DNA from: Eledone cirrhosa
Lineage: Eukaryota
Direction of reading: 5' to 3'
DNA: 64,000 nt
Assembly (NCBI GenBank): GCA_964016885.1
Contig: OZ024740.1
Location: forward strand, 388,740,001-388,804,000
Below the pieces are notes generated by a model. It worked only from the letters and a program-made list of their open reading frames with translations, ran no database searches and was not told where the DNA came from. The position numbers and the translations under genes are program-made. This document shows positions 14,055 through 27,977 of the stretch, piece by piece; positions within the stretch are counted from its first letter, which is position 1; the number at the start of each line of letters is the position of its first letter.

Positions 14055-14756
14055 GTTTTCTCTTTCTCTTAATTTCGAGTATATTTTTTTGACCGGCCAC
14101 CTTCCTGGTGGCAAGGTTGTAAAAGAAAAGAAATTGTCATCCCTTGAATCGCAAGAATGTTTTGCAAATTTTGAAGGTGCCAGCTATCGCAGCCATTTGT
14201 AGACTATGAATTAGGGAGCTGCGCTTTTTGTCCGCAAATCCAAGTTCAGTCATACTTTGGTCCAAGCGGGTTGGTATATAACCCGTAGCACCAATAATGA
14301 TGGGTATGAAGCTAAAGGTGTATCTTGGATACTGGATTTGTAAACTCCTCATCAATGGTCCGTAGATGTCCTCCTTCTCCTGTATTTTTCTGACAACGTT
14401 TACATCAAGTGGGCAGCTGATCTCCACAACAGAACACGTTTTCAATGTGTGGTCCCAAACTACAATATCAGGCCGGTTGTGCTTTAATTTGGTGGCAGTT
14501 TTTATTTTCAGGTTCCACCAGTATTCCTTAGTGCCGTCTGTCTCAATATATTCTTCCTCGTTTGTTGTTAATTTTGTTTTCCGAAGTGCGTTCCAGATGG
14601 TTCTAGCTATCCCATCGTGTCTCATGGGAGGTAGTAGCGAGATGACATTCTTTCGCAGTTGGCAACAATGTGGCTTACATCCTCGATCTTTGTTTTACAT
14701 AGCCTACATTTATTGTCAGCTGCTGGCCCTCCTCTTTTGTGCAGCAGATATTTGGT
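14055..14756 (-). mobile_element. 5'-truncated RLE-type (R4-like) LINE: CCHC finger plus PD-(D/E)xK endonuclease
   Basis: CRLCKTKIEDVSHIVANC, RHD, HNRPDIVV, EISCP, KEDIY; (ACAT)n on both sides. Confidence 0.9.
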
Positions 14757-14758
14757 AG

Positions 14759-14792
<34 letters not shown>

Positions 14793-14796
14793 TGTA

Positions 14797-15072
14797 TAAA
14801 CCTGTACGAGATAGAACCGCATAGAAGTAGACCAGTTCTTCTTTTGGAGTAAATGCTTTCGATGTTCAGAGAGTGGTATTGGCTCTGTGCAAAGCCTTCC
14901 CTCACTTAAAAAAGCTTAAAGCACAGGCATCGCTTCATATGTGACATTTTTTTGCGATGCATGGCATTGTTGGCCATTTGCAAGTCCCTAGCAGGACTAA
15001 AAAGCCACGTCCGTGATGCTCATGCTTAAGTATCAAGCGATGGCATTACGCGAAATCGAGTTGCAGCCATCA
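14797..15072 (+). mobile_element. Second RTE 3'-end remnant
   Basis: Similar to 13530-13840 (KSLAGLKSH); ends CATGTATGTA. Confidence 0.65.
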
Positions 15073-15414
15073 TGTATGTATCTTCTGGTTTCATAATTTA
15101 TAAATATTTACGAATAGGGAAAGAGTTTCTAACATAGTAACAAAACTATTTCATTGCAATGTAGACATCAACTAGGTAGATATGTATGCAGGTCCTCACG
15201 CGTGCATGTGTATGCGTGTCTTTGTGTGTGTTTGTGTGTGTATGTGTGTATGTGTGTTTGGGTGCGCGTGTGCAGGTATGGATGTTATTGTAAATATGTA
15301 TCTGTATGTTTTGAGTTATATGTATGCATGTGGATGTGTGTTGTATCTGTACATGTGTACATGCAGTTATTACATGCAGAATTTTTGGAATGTTTTACAT
15401 ATTTTTACTTTCAT

Positions 15415-16075
15415 TAATGGATTGTGCTTGTAACTTCCTAATAAGTCATGTTTTTTCTGGTTCTGTGAAGCTCAACTTCTCAAGATTTCTACTGAGGCAG
15501 TTACAAACATCCCAGTGCCCCAATAATCACAGATATAATTCTGAAGGCATAGTCAGGGTGAAGTATCTGCAGATTCCTCATTATTGCTGCATAAATGTTC
15601 TTTTCTTTATGTTCGCTAAATGTTCGCTAATCTTTAATATTATATTGGCATCTGCTGGGCAGCTGACTTCCACTACTGTTCATGCCTTCTTTTCCCTGTC
15701 GCATGTTATATCTGTTCTGTTGTGTTTGCTTTTTATTGGGGTTTTGCCAGGAACATCCCACCAATACTCTTTCCTATTATGTATGTATGGGTCTTCAACA
15801 ATGCTGCAACTTTTAATATAGATATTTGTCGGGACTATATTTTTCTACGGATTTCACTGTATAGTGGTTTGGCCAATACATCGTGTCTCATAGGCAGATA
15901 GTACCACGGTGACATCTTTGGACAGTTGCTTATGACATGGGTGACATCTTCGATGTTAATTTTGTAGAGCCTGCATTTGATGCCACATCTAGGTGTTTTG
16001 CCTGCATCCCTATCTCTTTTGTGAATCAGGTATTTTGTATTGATTTTCTGTTCTTCTTGTCTAAGCATTCATTCT
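15415..16075 (-). mobile_element. Decayed RLE LINE 3' fragment
   Basis: KCRL..IEDVTHVISNCPKMS..YYLPMRHD, EYWW, VEVSCP. Confidence 0.8.
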
Positions 16076-17480
16076 TTAAATTTTAAGCGGGCTTACAGAC
16101 TTTTATTGTCCCAGATATCGAGAACATTAGCAACCTCTGAGTTACAGAGCTGCATTTTCTCTTCAAGAACCCCAATTTGGTAGTTCTTTGATTTGGACAG
16201 TTCGTATAATAATACGTATGCAGCTAAATCTACATTTTGAATACTCGATTGTATATTTTATCACATTCATGTCATGCGGGTGGCTGATTTTCACAATCCT
16301 CTCCCGTATCAAACAATATCAGGCCGGGATAGTTTTAATTTAGTGGCAAATTTTACTTCCATGTTCCATCAATCAATAGGTGTTATAACTGTTATCCTCA
16401 TCGGGAAATTCCATTTCATTCTAACAACATGTATATTTAAAAGTCGTTCATTCTTACTTTACAATAATGTGACTAGCGGTCTCAGATTTTGTTTTGTATA
16501 GCATACATTAGTTGTCAGTTGCTAAGAATTTTATATGCAGAAAGTAAGATTTATTGCTCCTTGATTGCACAGAGATAACATTCAATTTGAAATATTATAA
16601 CCTCCATGCAAGGCATTTAGAAGTTTTTGTCCTTTTTATGGTCTGCGGTTTTCGATTCAAGTACCTATGTAAAGCCTTCTCAGTACACTGGTCTATACTT
16701 TTGGCACTGCTCCTGAAAGAGTTAAATGATTTTTTTAAAGGAACAATGTTGTTACATTTGGGGTCTTCACGTAGACGAAGTGATAGCTGACTTATTACTT
16801 TTGTCGTCAGAATGTAATTTAGCACATCGTATACTGCTATCCTTTGTAATTCAATATAAAAGCAGACGAGATGGTCATGGCGGTAAAACATTTCATCAAA
16901 GGTCAACTGGACACGGGCAGTAAAAGTAGGGTAGAGCTTTCGCCATAAATCATTTTAGTTTATCGTTTAACGCTAACATCTGGATATTACATAGTTTTAA
17001 GGCACCCAGTAAGAGGAGAATATAGTGGTCATTATTTTATCAGCCTAAAGCATGAAAGCAATTAGTTTTATGTGAAAATCATAGGCAGATGAAATAGTCA
17101 TGTACATAAACATTCATATAAAAAGGCACAAAGTACTAGGAATTATAAGGTTGTTAGATGCAAGGGAGCTATCTGCCAATTATATTAAGTTCTGCGTGAA
17201 AATATTAAATTTGGCTATTATTTTTCTTGTCTGACAATATTACATAAATGTTTTTCCTTTGGTTAGATCGGTTGAATTCCATATCACTCTATCGATATCT
17301 CTCTTTTTCAGCCACTATCAATCAGTATATGTCCATTAGGTGAAGTGCATGTGCATATGTAATAAGTATTACATTCGCGTTAGTTAATGGTAACTTTCAG
17401 TGTAAGCTCCAGTGGGGCATATTGCCGTTTTGAACAAATATAAATATAATCAATACATACAGATATATATATAAATATAC

Positions 17481-17512
<32 letters not shown>

Positions 17513-18645
17513 TTGAGTGTGTGGTTGCGTGTGTATGTGTGTGTATGTGTGTGTATGTGTGTATGTGCGTGTGTTCATGTATGTGTATGTCTATGTGTTT
17601 GTGTATGTATGTAAAAGTAAGATCGCAATCACTGTTGCAGCATATGTATAAACTTTATCGGCATATTAAAATTGTTTCAATATCGATCAGTTCAGTTTAA
17701 TATCATAATTTTAGAATCGAAATGGCATCATGCGACCTGTGATGAAGGAGCTAAGAGAAATTCCGACGTATTGAGTTGATTTATGTATATATTTATTAAA
17801 ACATTTATACATATTTATGTATTTACTAGGTGTCACCATCAGTGTCTAATGTATACTTCCAGATTTGCCTCAATAACCATCACTTTATCTATAACCCTAA
17901 ATATATTACGTACGTACTGGGAGATCGCCGAGTGGCTGAGATTTCAAGATGATCTGAAGCCGTCAATATCATATAGAATGGATCTAAATGAGCAGCGGTT
18001 TGAGTTGGAGGATGATTGTTTCCCAATGCACTACCCAGGACCTATGGCTAAGACTACGCACATGTCTCATTATTCAAGCACTCAAAACATTTGAATCCCA
18101 TGGCTTACGATTGAGATATAATCTATATTTACAGTAGAATACCTAGAAATTCTAAAGCCAACCTTAATAAATCCGACAGATATGCGGATTAAAAAGACAC
18201 TAATTTATTAAGGACTAAAATCTTCCATGGAAAGTTTCAAATCCAAGTATATATATGCTGATTTCATTTTGTAAAATATCTATATGCCACTTAGAAATAA
18301 TATCCTCTACACTCAACGCCACCTATCGCGTGGACCGGCTACTACTGCCATCTTCCTTTAAACATTTTCAAACTTCTGAACAATCTTTTTCAACAATGTA
18401 ACCTTCACTATCAAAGCATTCACCTAAGATACAGATATACGTGAGACCTGGATATACCAGCCTCAGGTCCATCTACCCCATCAGGCAGAAGCACTGTGAT
18501 TGAATCCATCTATCAAAGCTTTTCAACAACGTCAACTGCTTTCATAAAAATATTAAAATAGTAAATACACATGGTGCAACTCGCAATTTCTTGCAAATTT
18601 CGAACATTCATTTTTATGTGCGCGTGTGCGTGTGGCGGAGTATGC

Positions 18646-18654
<9 letters not shown>

Positions 18655-18700
<46 letters not shown>

Positions 18701-18701
18701 C

Positions 18702-18797
<96 letters not shown>

Positions 18798-18920
18798 CAA
18801 AGAAAGTGTCGTAAGAAACAAAGGCGACCATAACGCACTAGAGTACTCGATACTTAGGGTAGTGGAGTGGGTAATAGGAAAAGAGTCAGGACTCCTTACT
18901 GGGGTACTGATTCTTTTCCT
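18655..18920. mobile_element. Long (TA)n followed by a family A pLTR fragment (18795-18920)
   Basis: gaccataacgcac-gagtactc-atacttagggtagt-gagtgggtaataggaa motif shared with other family A copies. Confidence 0.75.
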
Positions 18921-19740
18921 ATATATATATATATGTGTGCATGTGTGTGTTATAAATTGTTGACTAACTGGGGTCGCATTTGCAACACTCCAATAAATAA
19001 ATAATGATGTAATTACGTTCAAGCACTCAACCTCAGTGTATCTTTTCAATTCCGATGCAGTTGTCTATGACGGAGTATACATACAATAATGATAAAAATG
19101 CGAAATCTAGAAATTCATAGTTTATATTATTCCGTTATTACGGAATAAAATTAAGTATATCTAGCCTTCGCTGCGTGTGTCTGTGTGCGTGTGTCCATGT
19201 GTGTGTGTGTGTGTAGTATGCGTGTGTGTATCTTGATGTACGTATGTAGCGAAGATAAATTAACTCTCCGAGAGCTCGTCACTGCCTTCATTGAAGTCTT
19301 AGAATCATGTAAAATTGTAACCGAATAAGCTTACATGATTATCTTTAACTATATAAAAGCTATTATTGATCCCAAGCGAAACGACAAAGCTTCCTCTAAA
19401 TTTTCAACTCGTTTCGTTACATTAATTTGATCTAATTTTTAAAAAACGTCGCTTTGTTGGGTACATGATAAATTTGTATTAAAGTAAGATAATCGAGCTG
19501 GAAGATTGCATATAGGCATGCGATTCTTTAGCTTCTATACATGCAAAATGGCTTCGGTATAATCCAATCTCACATCACGAAGCTAAAGGAGAAACTGTAG
19601 TTCAAAGATTAATGATCAGGAAGCAAAATAGTTGAGTGACAATACAGGGGACGTTCGTGTTTAAACAATGTATACATAGTGGGTAATGTCCAAATAGAGT
19701 AAACTTTCTTAGAATATTTTCAGCAGCGTGTATCAATAAT

Positions 19741-19929
19741 TATTTCTACTTTTGGCACAAGGCCAGCAATTATTCCAGTGCATTACTGGTACTTTATTTT
19801 ATCGACCCCGTAAGGATGAAAGGCAAAGTTAACCTCGGCGGGATTTGAACTCAGACCGTAAAGGGACGTAACTCTAAGCTGGAAAGCATGGCGTCCAACC
19901 CTCTACCGATACTGCCAATTCCCCGCCCT
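19741..19929 (-). mobile_element. tRNA-derived SINE family 1 with 15-bp TSD
   Basis: A and B boxes; TSD GCGTGTATCAATAAT at 19726-19740 and 19930-19944. Confidence 0.95.
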
Positions 19930-19977
19930 GCGTGTATCAATAATAAATACAAGTAACAATTATTATTATTATTACTG

Positions 19978-20190
19978 AGGTTGGTGCATTGCCAGTATCG
20001 GTAAAGCGTCGGACATCATGCTTCGTGGCATAGAGTTACGGCCCTTTACATTCTGAGTTCAAATCCTGCTGAGGCTAGCTTTGCTTATGGGGTTGATAAA
20101 ATAAAGCACCAGTAATGCACTGGGGTCGATTTAAAGCGACTTCCCTCCAAAAAAATTACTGGCCTTGTGCCTATAGTAGAAATCATTATT
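19978..20190 (+). mobile_element. tRNA-derived SINE family 1, long variant
   Basis: GAGTTCAAATCC B box; ends GGCCTTGTGCCTATAGTAGAAA plus (ATT)n. Confidence 0.9.
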
Positions 20191-22269
20191 ATTGGTGGTA
20201 GAGGTGATGGCGGTTGTGGTGATAGTGGTGGTAATTATCATCATCGTCGTCATGATGATGTTGATGTTGTTGTTGTTATACATTCGTATCTGATTACCAC
20301 TTACCACACCAAAGCCACGTATCTTTACCCTGATGCATTTCTTTCTTTTTTTTCTTCTTCAAATTACTCCAAAGAAATTTTAAACATTATTTTCTTTAAA
20401 TTTCTCCAAAATATTCTTAGGAAAAATTGGGTTTAAAATCTTACAGCATTTATCCTAATTGCGGACGACAGCTGCTTTCCACCACCATTCTACTCTTAGT
20501 AAACAATTATCTCATGAGAATATAAACAACAATGTTGATGTTTAATGAGTAAAAAGCCTAGAGGTAGCCATGACAGCTGTACTACCAATCGCTCAGAAGC
20601 TTTCACTTGTCAACTTGCTAAACCAATTTGCAGAGAAATTTTTCAGCAACATCATCAGGACTACCAACAATAATGGTATTGGCAATAACGTGGCCACCAA
20701 TAACATCAATAGCATCACAAACAACATATCAAACGGATATAGCAACATTATTGGTGTTGTCATCGTTATATAACAAACTCTCATTTCGCTAATTATAATG
20801 AAAAGGATTTTCCTACTTTTCTAATCTCAAGGTAGAGTGACAGGATCAATAAAAACAACAACGACGTTAGCCACGAACGGAAAGTTTCTAGAAGAACGAT
20901 TGACCTAAGCGTTTCTTCACCATTCTACTTAAAAACACAGTACCCTCTTCTTTTGCCAAAAACACCACTACCAATCCAACATTACATTTGACAGACGTAA
21001 TCATCTATAATGATAGGAACAACCTAAATAACAGTTATAACTAGAACACTGCAATGAAAATTTTAGAAATGATTGAACAGGTCTCTCTGGATGAGAATCA
21101 ATCAAACCTGAGAGTGCCCCCAAATGTTTGGTCGGAAAGATTACAGAAGAATCATTTTGTCAGAGTCCCAGGGCATCTGGAGAAAATCGTAAGAAGGACA
21201 TTGAGTTACTCGTGAGTATCGTTTAAGTCTCGATACGCAGAACGTGCTACATATATCCAAGTGGAGAAGTGCACTGTTTGAGTCATGCATTATAAGACTA
21301 GAAATGGGGTTCTTCTCAGAGGCTCCCACACAGAAACATTCCACGTCCCGTGCAAATTTAATTCATTCATACACTAATAACCTAGTAAATTGTGAAAGTG
21401 AGTGCTGCTGAATGTGCCCTCTATAATTAAAAATCTAATGCAGAGTGGAATAACTTATGTGTCCTAGAAGAAAGTGACAGGCTACTGAAAATAAAAATTT
21501 AACGAGGATTGGATTAAAGGTTCTAATCCAGATATAACTAGAAACCCAAGACACAAAACGGGACCGGGTACGCACACCAAGTGACATCTACCTGAAGGCT
21601 ATGGAAGAAAATAGATTTAGATGCGAAATATGAGATAGTAACACTCAAATGAGTGGCTTTCTACACTCAACAGTATGCAACAATGAAAGCCTGCATGGCC
21701 AATAACACTAGACCCACAGCAACAGCAACAGAATCTCTAGCACCGTCTGTAACAGAAACAGATTCGATGCCCGCAGCAGTGGAAACAAAAACAGCATCTT
21801 CATAACAAACATCAATATCCATTATGCAGGTAACAATAACAAGAGCAACGAAATCTTTAAAACCAAGAACACCAGCAGCAGCATCAGAACCGCAAAAAAC
21901 AATTCCACTAACACACTAAAACTAAGATGCCCCCCCCCCCTCCTTCGTCCACTGCATAAAACGCACACACGTACATTATCTTACTGACACATACCTCGCA
22001 GATACGGAGATCTTGTTTGTAAATATATAGAAAAAAGTATGTCCCAAACTGAAAACTAGAGGGATTGGCGGAATGGCAAGAGCGGTACCGGAGAAGCAAC
22101 ACCACCACAGGTATAAAATATACTCCCTAGAATAATGGGGCTTCTGCAACGAGATAGCTATACGTCAATAATATCTCAGTTTCTCCACATAACTATCTTA
22201 ATGTAGATTATTACTGGGATCGGTAGAGTATTATTACCTTAGACCTGTATTATGAAGTAATCTAATCTG

Positions 22270-23850
22270 TCTATAGAATTGCTTTCTAATCATTATTTTC
22301 ATCTGTGAGTGTTGGACTCCCTCTTGTCAATTGATTGCTAAGTAATTGTATGCCTGTGTTCCATATAATTACCTTACTTGTTTCTTTATCTAGCGCGATG
22401 TTTTCCTCTCATTAGAGTTGCATTGGTGCATTTTTCTTGTTTAAATGTTATGCCTATTTCATTTGGGACACCATGTACTGCTTGCAGCAATGTCGAAGAA
22501 AAGTGATGATAAGGATTACTCTTGAAATATCCATTTATCAATTTAGATGGGTTTTAGAAATCTACCTTTCGTCTTTATCTGCAGATTATTTACCACTTAC
22601 TCATGGCATGTTTGATGCCATGAGTCTGTTGGTGCTACTTTTTTCAGGGTTAGTGTGTACAGTATTCACACAAGGGGCACACTGTCATTACCCTTCTGCT
22701 AATCAATCTACTGTAATTCTTCATTTTCTGCAGTTTTCTCTTATGGCTTTGTTGATTAGAAATTCGTCTTTACAGTTATAGGGTTTTTTGCAGCATCATT
22801 TTGGCACTTCTGGAAACAAGTTGATTTTTTCCAGCTGCTTGATCAGTTTCTGTGATATTATTGCAATTAAGATCTTGTATATAGTAGGACGGCATTATAC
22901 GGGTCTGTAGTTGTTGGGGTTTGCTGTGTCATTATTTTAGTGGATCAGACACCATGTGTCCCTGATAGATATTTCAATCAGAATTTTGGGATTTTTTCAT
23001 GTCCCAGTACCTTCCAGTTGCTTGCTTTGTTCAGTGTATTAAATACTTATGTTTTGCTGTCTTCGTTGTTTTAACTAGTCCTGTTTGTGGCGATACCCCT
23101 ACTACATACGATCCTCCCAAGAACTCTTCCACTTTTTTTACGTTGGAAGCTACAGTTACTTTTATTTTGATTCTACCAAGTCGTTGTAGAATCATTTTGG
23201 ATTGGGGTGAAATGGCTGGTTTCCATAAAAAAATCTTCTGGTATTGTTTCGTATCTCTGGACAGAAAAGCAAGACAGAAAAGCAAGAAGAAGAATAACTA
23301 CATTTAGAATACATCATTCCATATCCATTATAGAAAGATTATACTTATCACGAACGCAGCGAAGAAAGGGTTTTATGCAACTAAATTACTATTAGAAAAA
23401 TAATCAATGTGGTTCATCAGAGATATCCAATGGAGTGTAATGAAACATTATTATAAATAGCTAAGAAACGCGAACAAATAAAAACATTTGTTTCCTGTCT
23501 TCCATGAAGCCAACAAATTCAAAACAAAAGCTGAATAGACATAATTACGAAGAGAATGTTGAGACGAAATGCCAACAGAAAAATTGTGGCACACATCCGA
23601 AAAGGTATCAGAGGATGACAAAGCGTCCATACACTGGGATATATCAATACACACAGACAAAGAGATCAAAGCTAATATTATAGTCTAAGACCACAAGGAA
23701 ATAGAAGTGTCTTCTAATCGACGTATCATCTGGATGATGAAAAAAGAAACAATCCTTATAATAATAGCTGCTCTGAAAGTGATACAAAAATACAAAGACT
23801 AACACGATACACAATCAATATCGCTAAAGGCATTGAGAATATATATGATA
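22270..23850. mobile_element. Old R4-like LINE with RT part on minus (22270-23280) and post-RT/RLE part on plus (23310-23850)
   Basis: Minus strand: NPNNYRP, IYKIL, FLINKAIRENC and a decayed GIFQGD-like motif. Plus strand: ERLYLSR and IHTDKEIKAN. Confidence 0.65.
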
Positions 23851-24891
23851 GGCACAGTCGTCTATGATAATTTGTTATTTACACACATTATCTGTTAATT
23901 TCCAAATTCATCATTAATGCTGACTACTTTTCCTTTTAAGAAAGACAATTTTAAATGTAATCCGCAAACTATAAATAATAAATATATCAACATAATAAAA
24001 ACAGAATTTTATAAGAAAATATGTTCACTCTGAAAATTATGCGGTTTAGAAATTGGGTCGTCATATGTTTTGCAAAAGAGATATTTTTTATTTCGCACTG
24101 CACCAATAGAACCTCATTAAGTTCATACTAAAAGACTAACTTAGATGAACTCAGTTAAATGTCTTAGATTAGTTAATTACCATTTTTCATTAGTCACTAT
24201 TTAAAAACCATTTTTTAAGGAAGATTATCAGTTTACATGAACCCGAACCTTCAGTTTATCATTTGCTCTGCATCATTCATTACAAATAGTTTCTTATTTA
24301 GTGATGTAGTCACATATTCATAGAATAATGAAAAGAGATTGTTTTCACTTCAAGTTAATTAGTGATACAAGGGAAATGTTTTTCACTCGGCTATAATAAA
24401 GTGACACAGAATCAAATTAGTGTTTTCAATACCCCTTAAGAATTAGAGGAATATTAAATTCGTAATTTTGTTTCTACTCTATACACATTCTTATCAAGTG
24501 TTTCAAATCCTTGATTTATTTTCTTGACTAATATTATTTTCCAGTTCAGTAGACATATATTTCGAAAAATGTTGTTAGACTTAGTGTCTATAAATGTTAA
24601 CATTCATTGCAACTACCGAGCTGGGAATTAAATAATATATTCAGTATAGTTGCTGTTTAGTTGTTGTTATTTAGTGCACTACGTACAAATAGACAATAGT
24701 CATGTATTTAATATAATTGCTGTAGAGCTATTTCTTTACTTGTGGTTGTGTGGAGTTTAAGGATGTAAAAGCTGAAGAGGATGATTTCAAGCATCCGACT
24801 AGCTGTTTCTGGTGGAGCAGTGGCAAAATTAATGTTGTGTCTGGATTATTTTACCTGAAACATTTAAGGTATCTATCTATCTCTACCCACA

Positions 24892-25083
<192 letters not shown>

Positions 25084-25393
25084 TAAAACTGACGCCGTAT
25101 GTATGTAACAAACTTTTGGCAAAACGGCGGGACCAAACAGCACCAAATTTGCACCGTAGATGTAACTTTTTCCAAGGAAGAAAGTGAGGGTATTTTGTTC
25201 TACTAAATTTCGTTATTATTGATTTAAAATATTTTGTTTATCTAAAGATTCACTTCTTTAGATTTTTCAAATGTTAACACTTCCGGTTAGCGATCACTTA
25301 AATAAACATTCATATATTTTGCAGTTTATATGAATCTTCGTCATTTTTTTAATGTATCATGGATTAAATGTCTATGTATATTGTCCATCTCTA

Positions 25394-26661
25394 TCTATAT
25401 TAATAAAGATGACTACATTACTGTACTTTATTATATATAATATATATAATACGACATTCCTCTCTCTTTCTTACTCTATCATTTTAGATAGATACATAGC
25501 TATAACGTCGCGTGCTATAATATCTGGTTGCATGTCTGCCTGTCTCCATTGACGTCACTTCTAACCAACTTTTAATTAATTATATATATATATATAATTA
25601 TATATTCCTGTACTTATTTTCAATAGTAATACTGTAATATATTTTCAGCAGTAGTACTATACTATATATTTTCAACAGTAGTACTGTACTAAGTATATTC
25701 AACAGTAATACTATACTATATGTATTCAACAGTAATACTGTACTACACAATATATTTTCAACAGTAATACTGTACTGTACTATATATTTTCAAGAGTAAT
25801 ACTGTCCTGTACTATATATTTTCAACAGTAATACTGTACTGTACAATTTATTTTCAACAGTAATACTGTACTGTACAATATATTTTCAACAGTAATATTA
25901 TCCTACACTATATATTTTCAACAGTAATACTATTTATTTTCAATAGAGATATTATATTATACTATATATTTTCAACAGTAATACTATATATTTTCAATAG
26001 AGATATTATATTATACTATATATTTTCAACAGTAATACTATACTATATATTTTCAACACTAATACTATATTATACTATATATGTTCAACAGTAATACTAT
26101 ACTATATATTTTCAACAGTAATACTATGCTATATATTTTCAACAGTAATACTGTACTATATATTTTCAACAATAATACTGTACTACATATTTTCAACAGT
26201 AATACTATACTACACTATATATTTTCAACAGTAATACTGTACTACACTATATATTTTCAACAGTAATACTGTTCTGTACTATATATTTTCCACAGTAATA
26301 CTGTATTATACTATGTATTTTCAACAGTAATACTATACTATACTATATATTTTCTACAGTAATACTGTACTATATATTTTCCACAGTAATACTGTATTAT
26401 ACTATATTTTCAACAGTAATACTGTACTATATATTTTCAACAGTAATACAGTACTATACTATATATTTTCAACAGTAATACTGTAGTATATATTTTCAAC
26501 AGTAATACTATACCATATATTTTCAACAGTAATACTATAAAACACAGACGGCTTATCGTCTGTTATCCAAGTGAAGCTAGGTACGTCAGCTATATATATA
26601 TATATATGGATGTCGTAGAACACGCCAATGGTAGCCGGGCGCCAGCCGGACAGGCCAGCTA

Positions 26662-26662
<1 letters not shown>
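25394..26662 (+). mobile_element. Probable non-autonomous Helitron-like element(s)
   Basis: 5' A|TCTATATTAATAAAG at 25394; 3'-like ends GTGAAGCTAGGTACGTCAGCTA (about 26592) and GC-rich hairpin plus CAGCTAG|T (26662). Confidence 0.5.
25615..26538. repeat. Minisatellite, 27-32 bp unit TTTTCAACAGTAATACTGTACTA(TACTA)TATA, about 30 copies
   Basis: Directly visible head-to-tail array without unique spacers. Confidence 0.95.
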
Positions 26663-26699
<37 letters not shown>

Positions 26700-26715
26700 T
26701 AAAATAACAGATTAA

Positions 26716-26765
26716 AGTTTAAGCAAAGAATCGCTGCTTTCACCCTTAACGGGATCTTCTGAAAC

Positions 26766-26766
<1 letters not shown>
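26716..26766 (-). ncRNA. Hammerhead-like motif with CAGAAGA core in a Naiad pLTR fragment
   Basis: Reverse complement: AGTTT-CAGAAGA-T-CCC/GGG-T-GAAA-GCAG..TTGC-TT-AAACT. Confidence 0.6.
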
Positions 26767-26810
<44 letters not shown>

Positions 26811-26832
26811 AGTATATATATATATATATATA

Positions 26833-27019
26833 ATTGTTTCTACTTTTGGCACAAGGCCAGCAATTACCCAGTGCATTACTGGTACTTTATTTTATCGACC
26901 CCGTAAGGATGAAAGGCAAAGTCAACCTCGGCGGGATTTGAACTCAGATCGTAAAGGGACGTAACTATGCTGGAAAGCATGGCGTCCGACCCTCTACCGA
27001 TACTGCCAATCCACCGCCC
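26833..27019 (-). mobile_element. tRNA-derived SINE family 1 within (TA)n
   Basis: Near-identical to 34351-34525 and 19741-19929. Confidence 0.95.
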
Positions 27020-27383
27020 TATATATATATATATATAATATAAACTGTTATAATATAAACTGTTATAATATAATAAAATAAAATATACTTACAACCCTAA
27101 TTCTTCATAAAATATACTTATAAATATTATCTCTATAATATTTAAACTCACTATTAGAATAGATCCAATAATAAGTAGCATCTCTTACTTTTTAAAATTG
27201 ATATTCTACCACTTCAATACATTTATAATTCTCATATTATATTATAAATACCGCCAAAATATATAAATATATAATCAAACAAATAAATATAATTACTTCA
27301 CTCTCTTTACACCATCACTAATACGATACATTAATAATAATAGTCTATTTCTAACTATAATATACCTTTTTCTTATATTATTT

Positions 27384-27500
27384 CCCCGCCGAGGTTGACT
27401 TTGCCTTTCATCCTTACAGGGTCGATAAAATAAATAAAGAATTTAATATTCCTCTAATTCTTAAATGCACTGGCCTTGTGCCTAAAGTAGAAACAATTAT
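27384..27500 (+). mobile_element. SINE family 1 3' fragment
   Basis: CCGCCGAGGTTGACTTTGCCTTTCATCC...GGCCTTGTGCCTAAAGTAGAAACAAT. Confidence 0.85.
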
Positions 27501-27726
27501 TTCCTTAAATTTTCTTACACCCTAATATTAATGTTAACCTCTCCCTCCTCTTTCCTTAAAAAATAATTCTAATATTTATTTAAATTTACCTAGCGTCGAA
27601 ATATAACGATCCTTTTCAGCTTTAACATATTCATCCTAAGATTTGAATTTCTTTCACTATTCAAACAGAACTTAAAACGATAAGGTCTTGTTTTGGGATA
27701 TATCACTATCTATAAAACAACTTTTG

Positions 27727-27788
27727 TATGTTATCTGATGAGAGCGTACCAAAAGTTTTGGTACCCTTGAAATATATATAATAAAATA
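27727..27788 (+). ncRNA. Minimal type I hammerhead ribozyme, family B
   Basis: TTAT-CTGATGA-stem II (GTACCAAAA/TTTTGGTAC)-GAAA-TATATA-TA-ATAA. Confidence 0.75.
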
Positions 27789-27924
27789 AATATGGTTTTA
27801 TAAAGATAGTTTCCATTTATTAATATTATTGATATTATACTCCAGAAGAAAACTGTAGAGTGCTTCGAATCTGTTATAAATAAATTTGTTGAATAACCAA
27901 CAAATTAAATAACTCTTTGCTTAT

Positions 27925-27977
<53 letters not shown>

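Noticed and set aside
16595-16906. 103-aa minus-strand ORF
   Set aside because: No motif or clear exon boundaries; cannot be supported
20990-21720. Possible very old LINE remnant
   Set aside because: Only faint motif hints, too decayed to assign
24740-24856. Possible small minus-strand exon
   Set aside because: Splice-like signals only, with a purine-rich upstream tract and no supporting frame
25615-26538. CRISPR-like periodic array
   Set aside because: No unique spacers, no cas genes, eukaryotic context; it is a minisatellite
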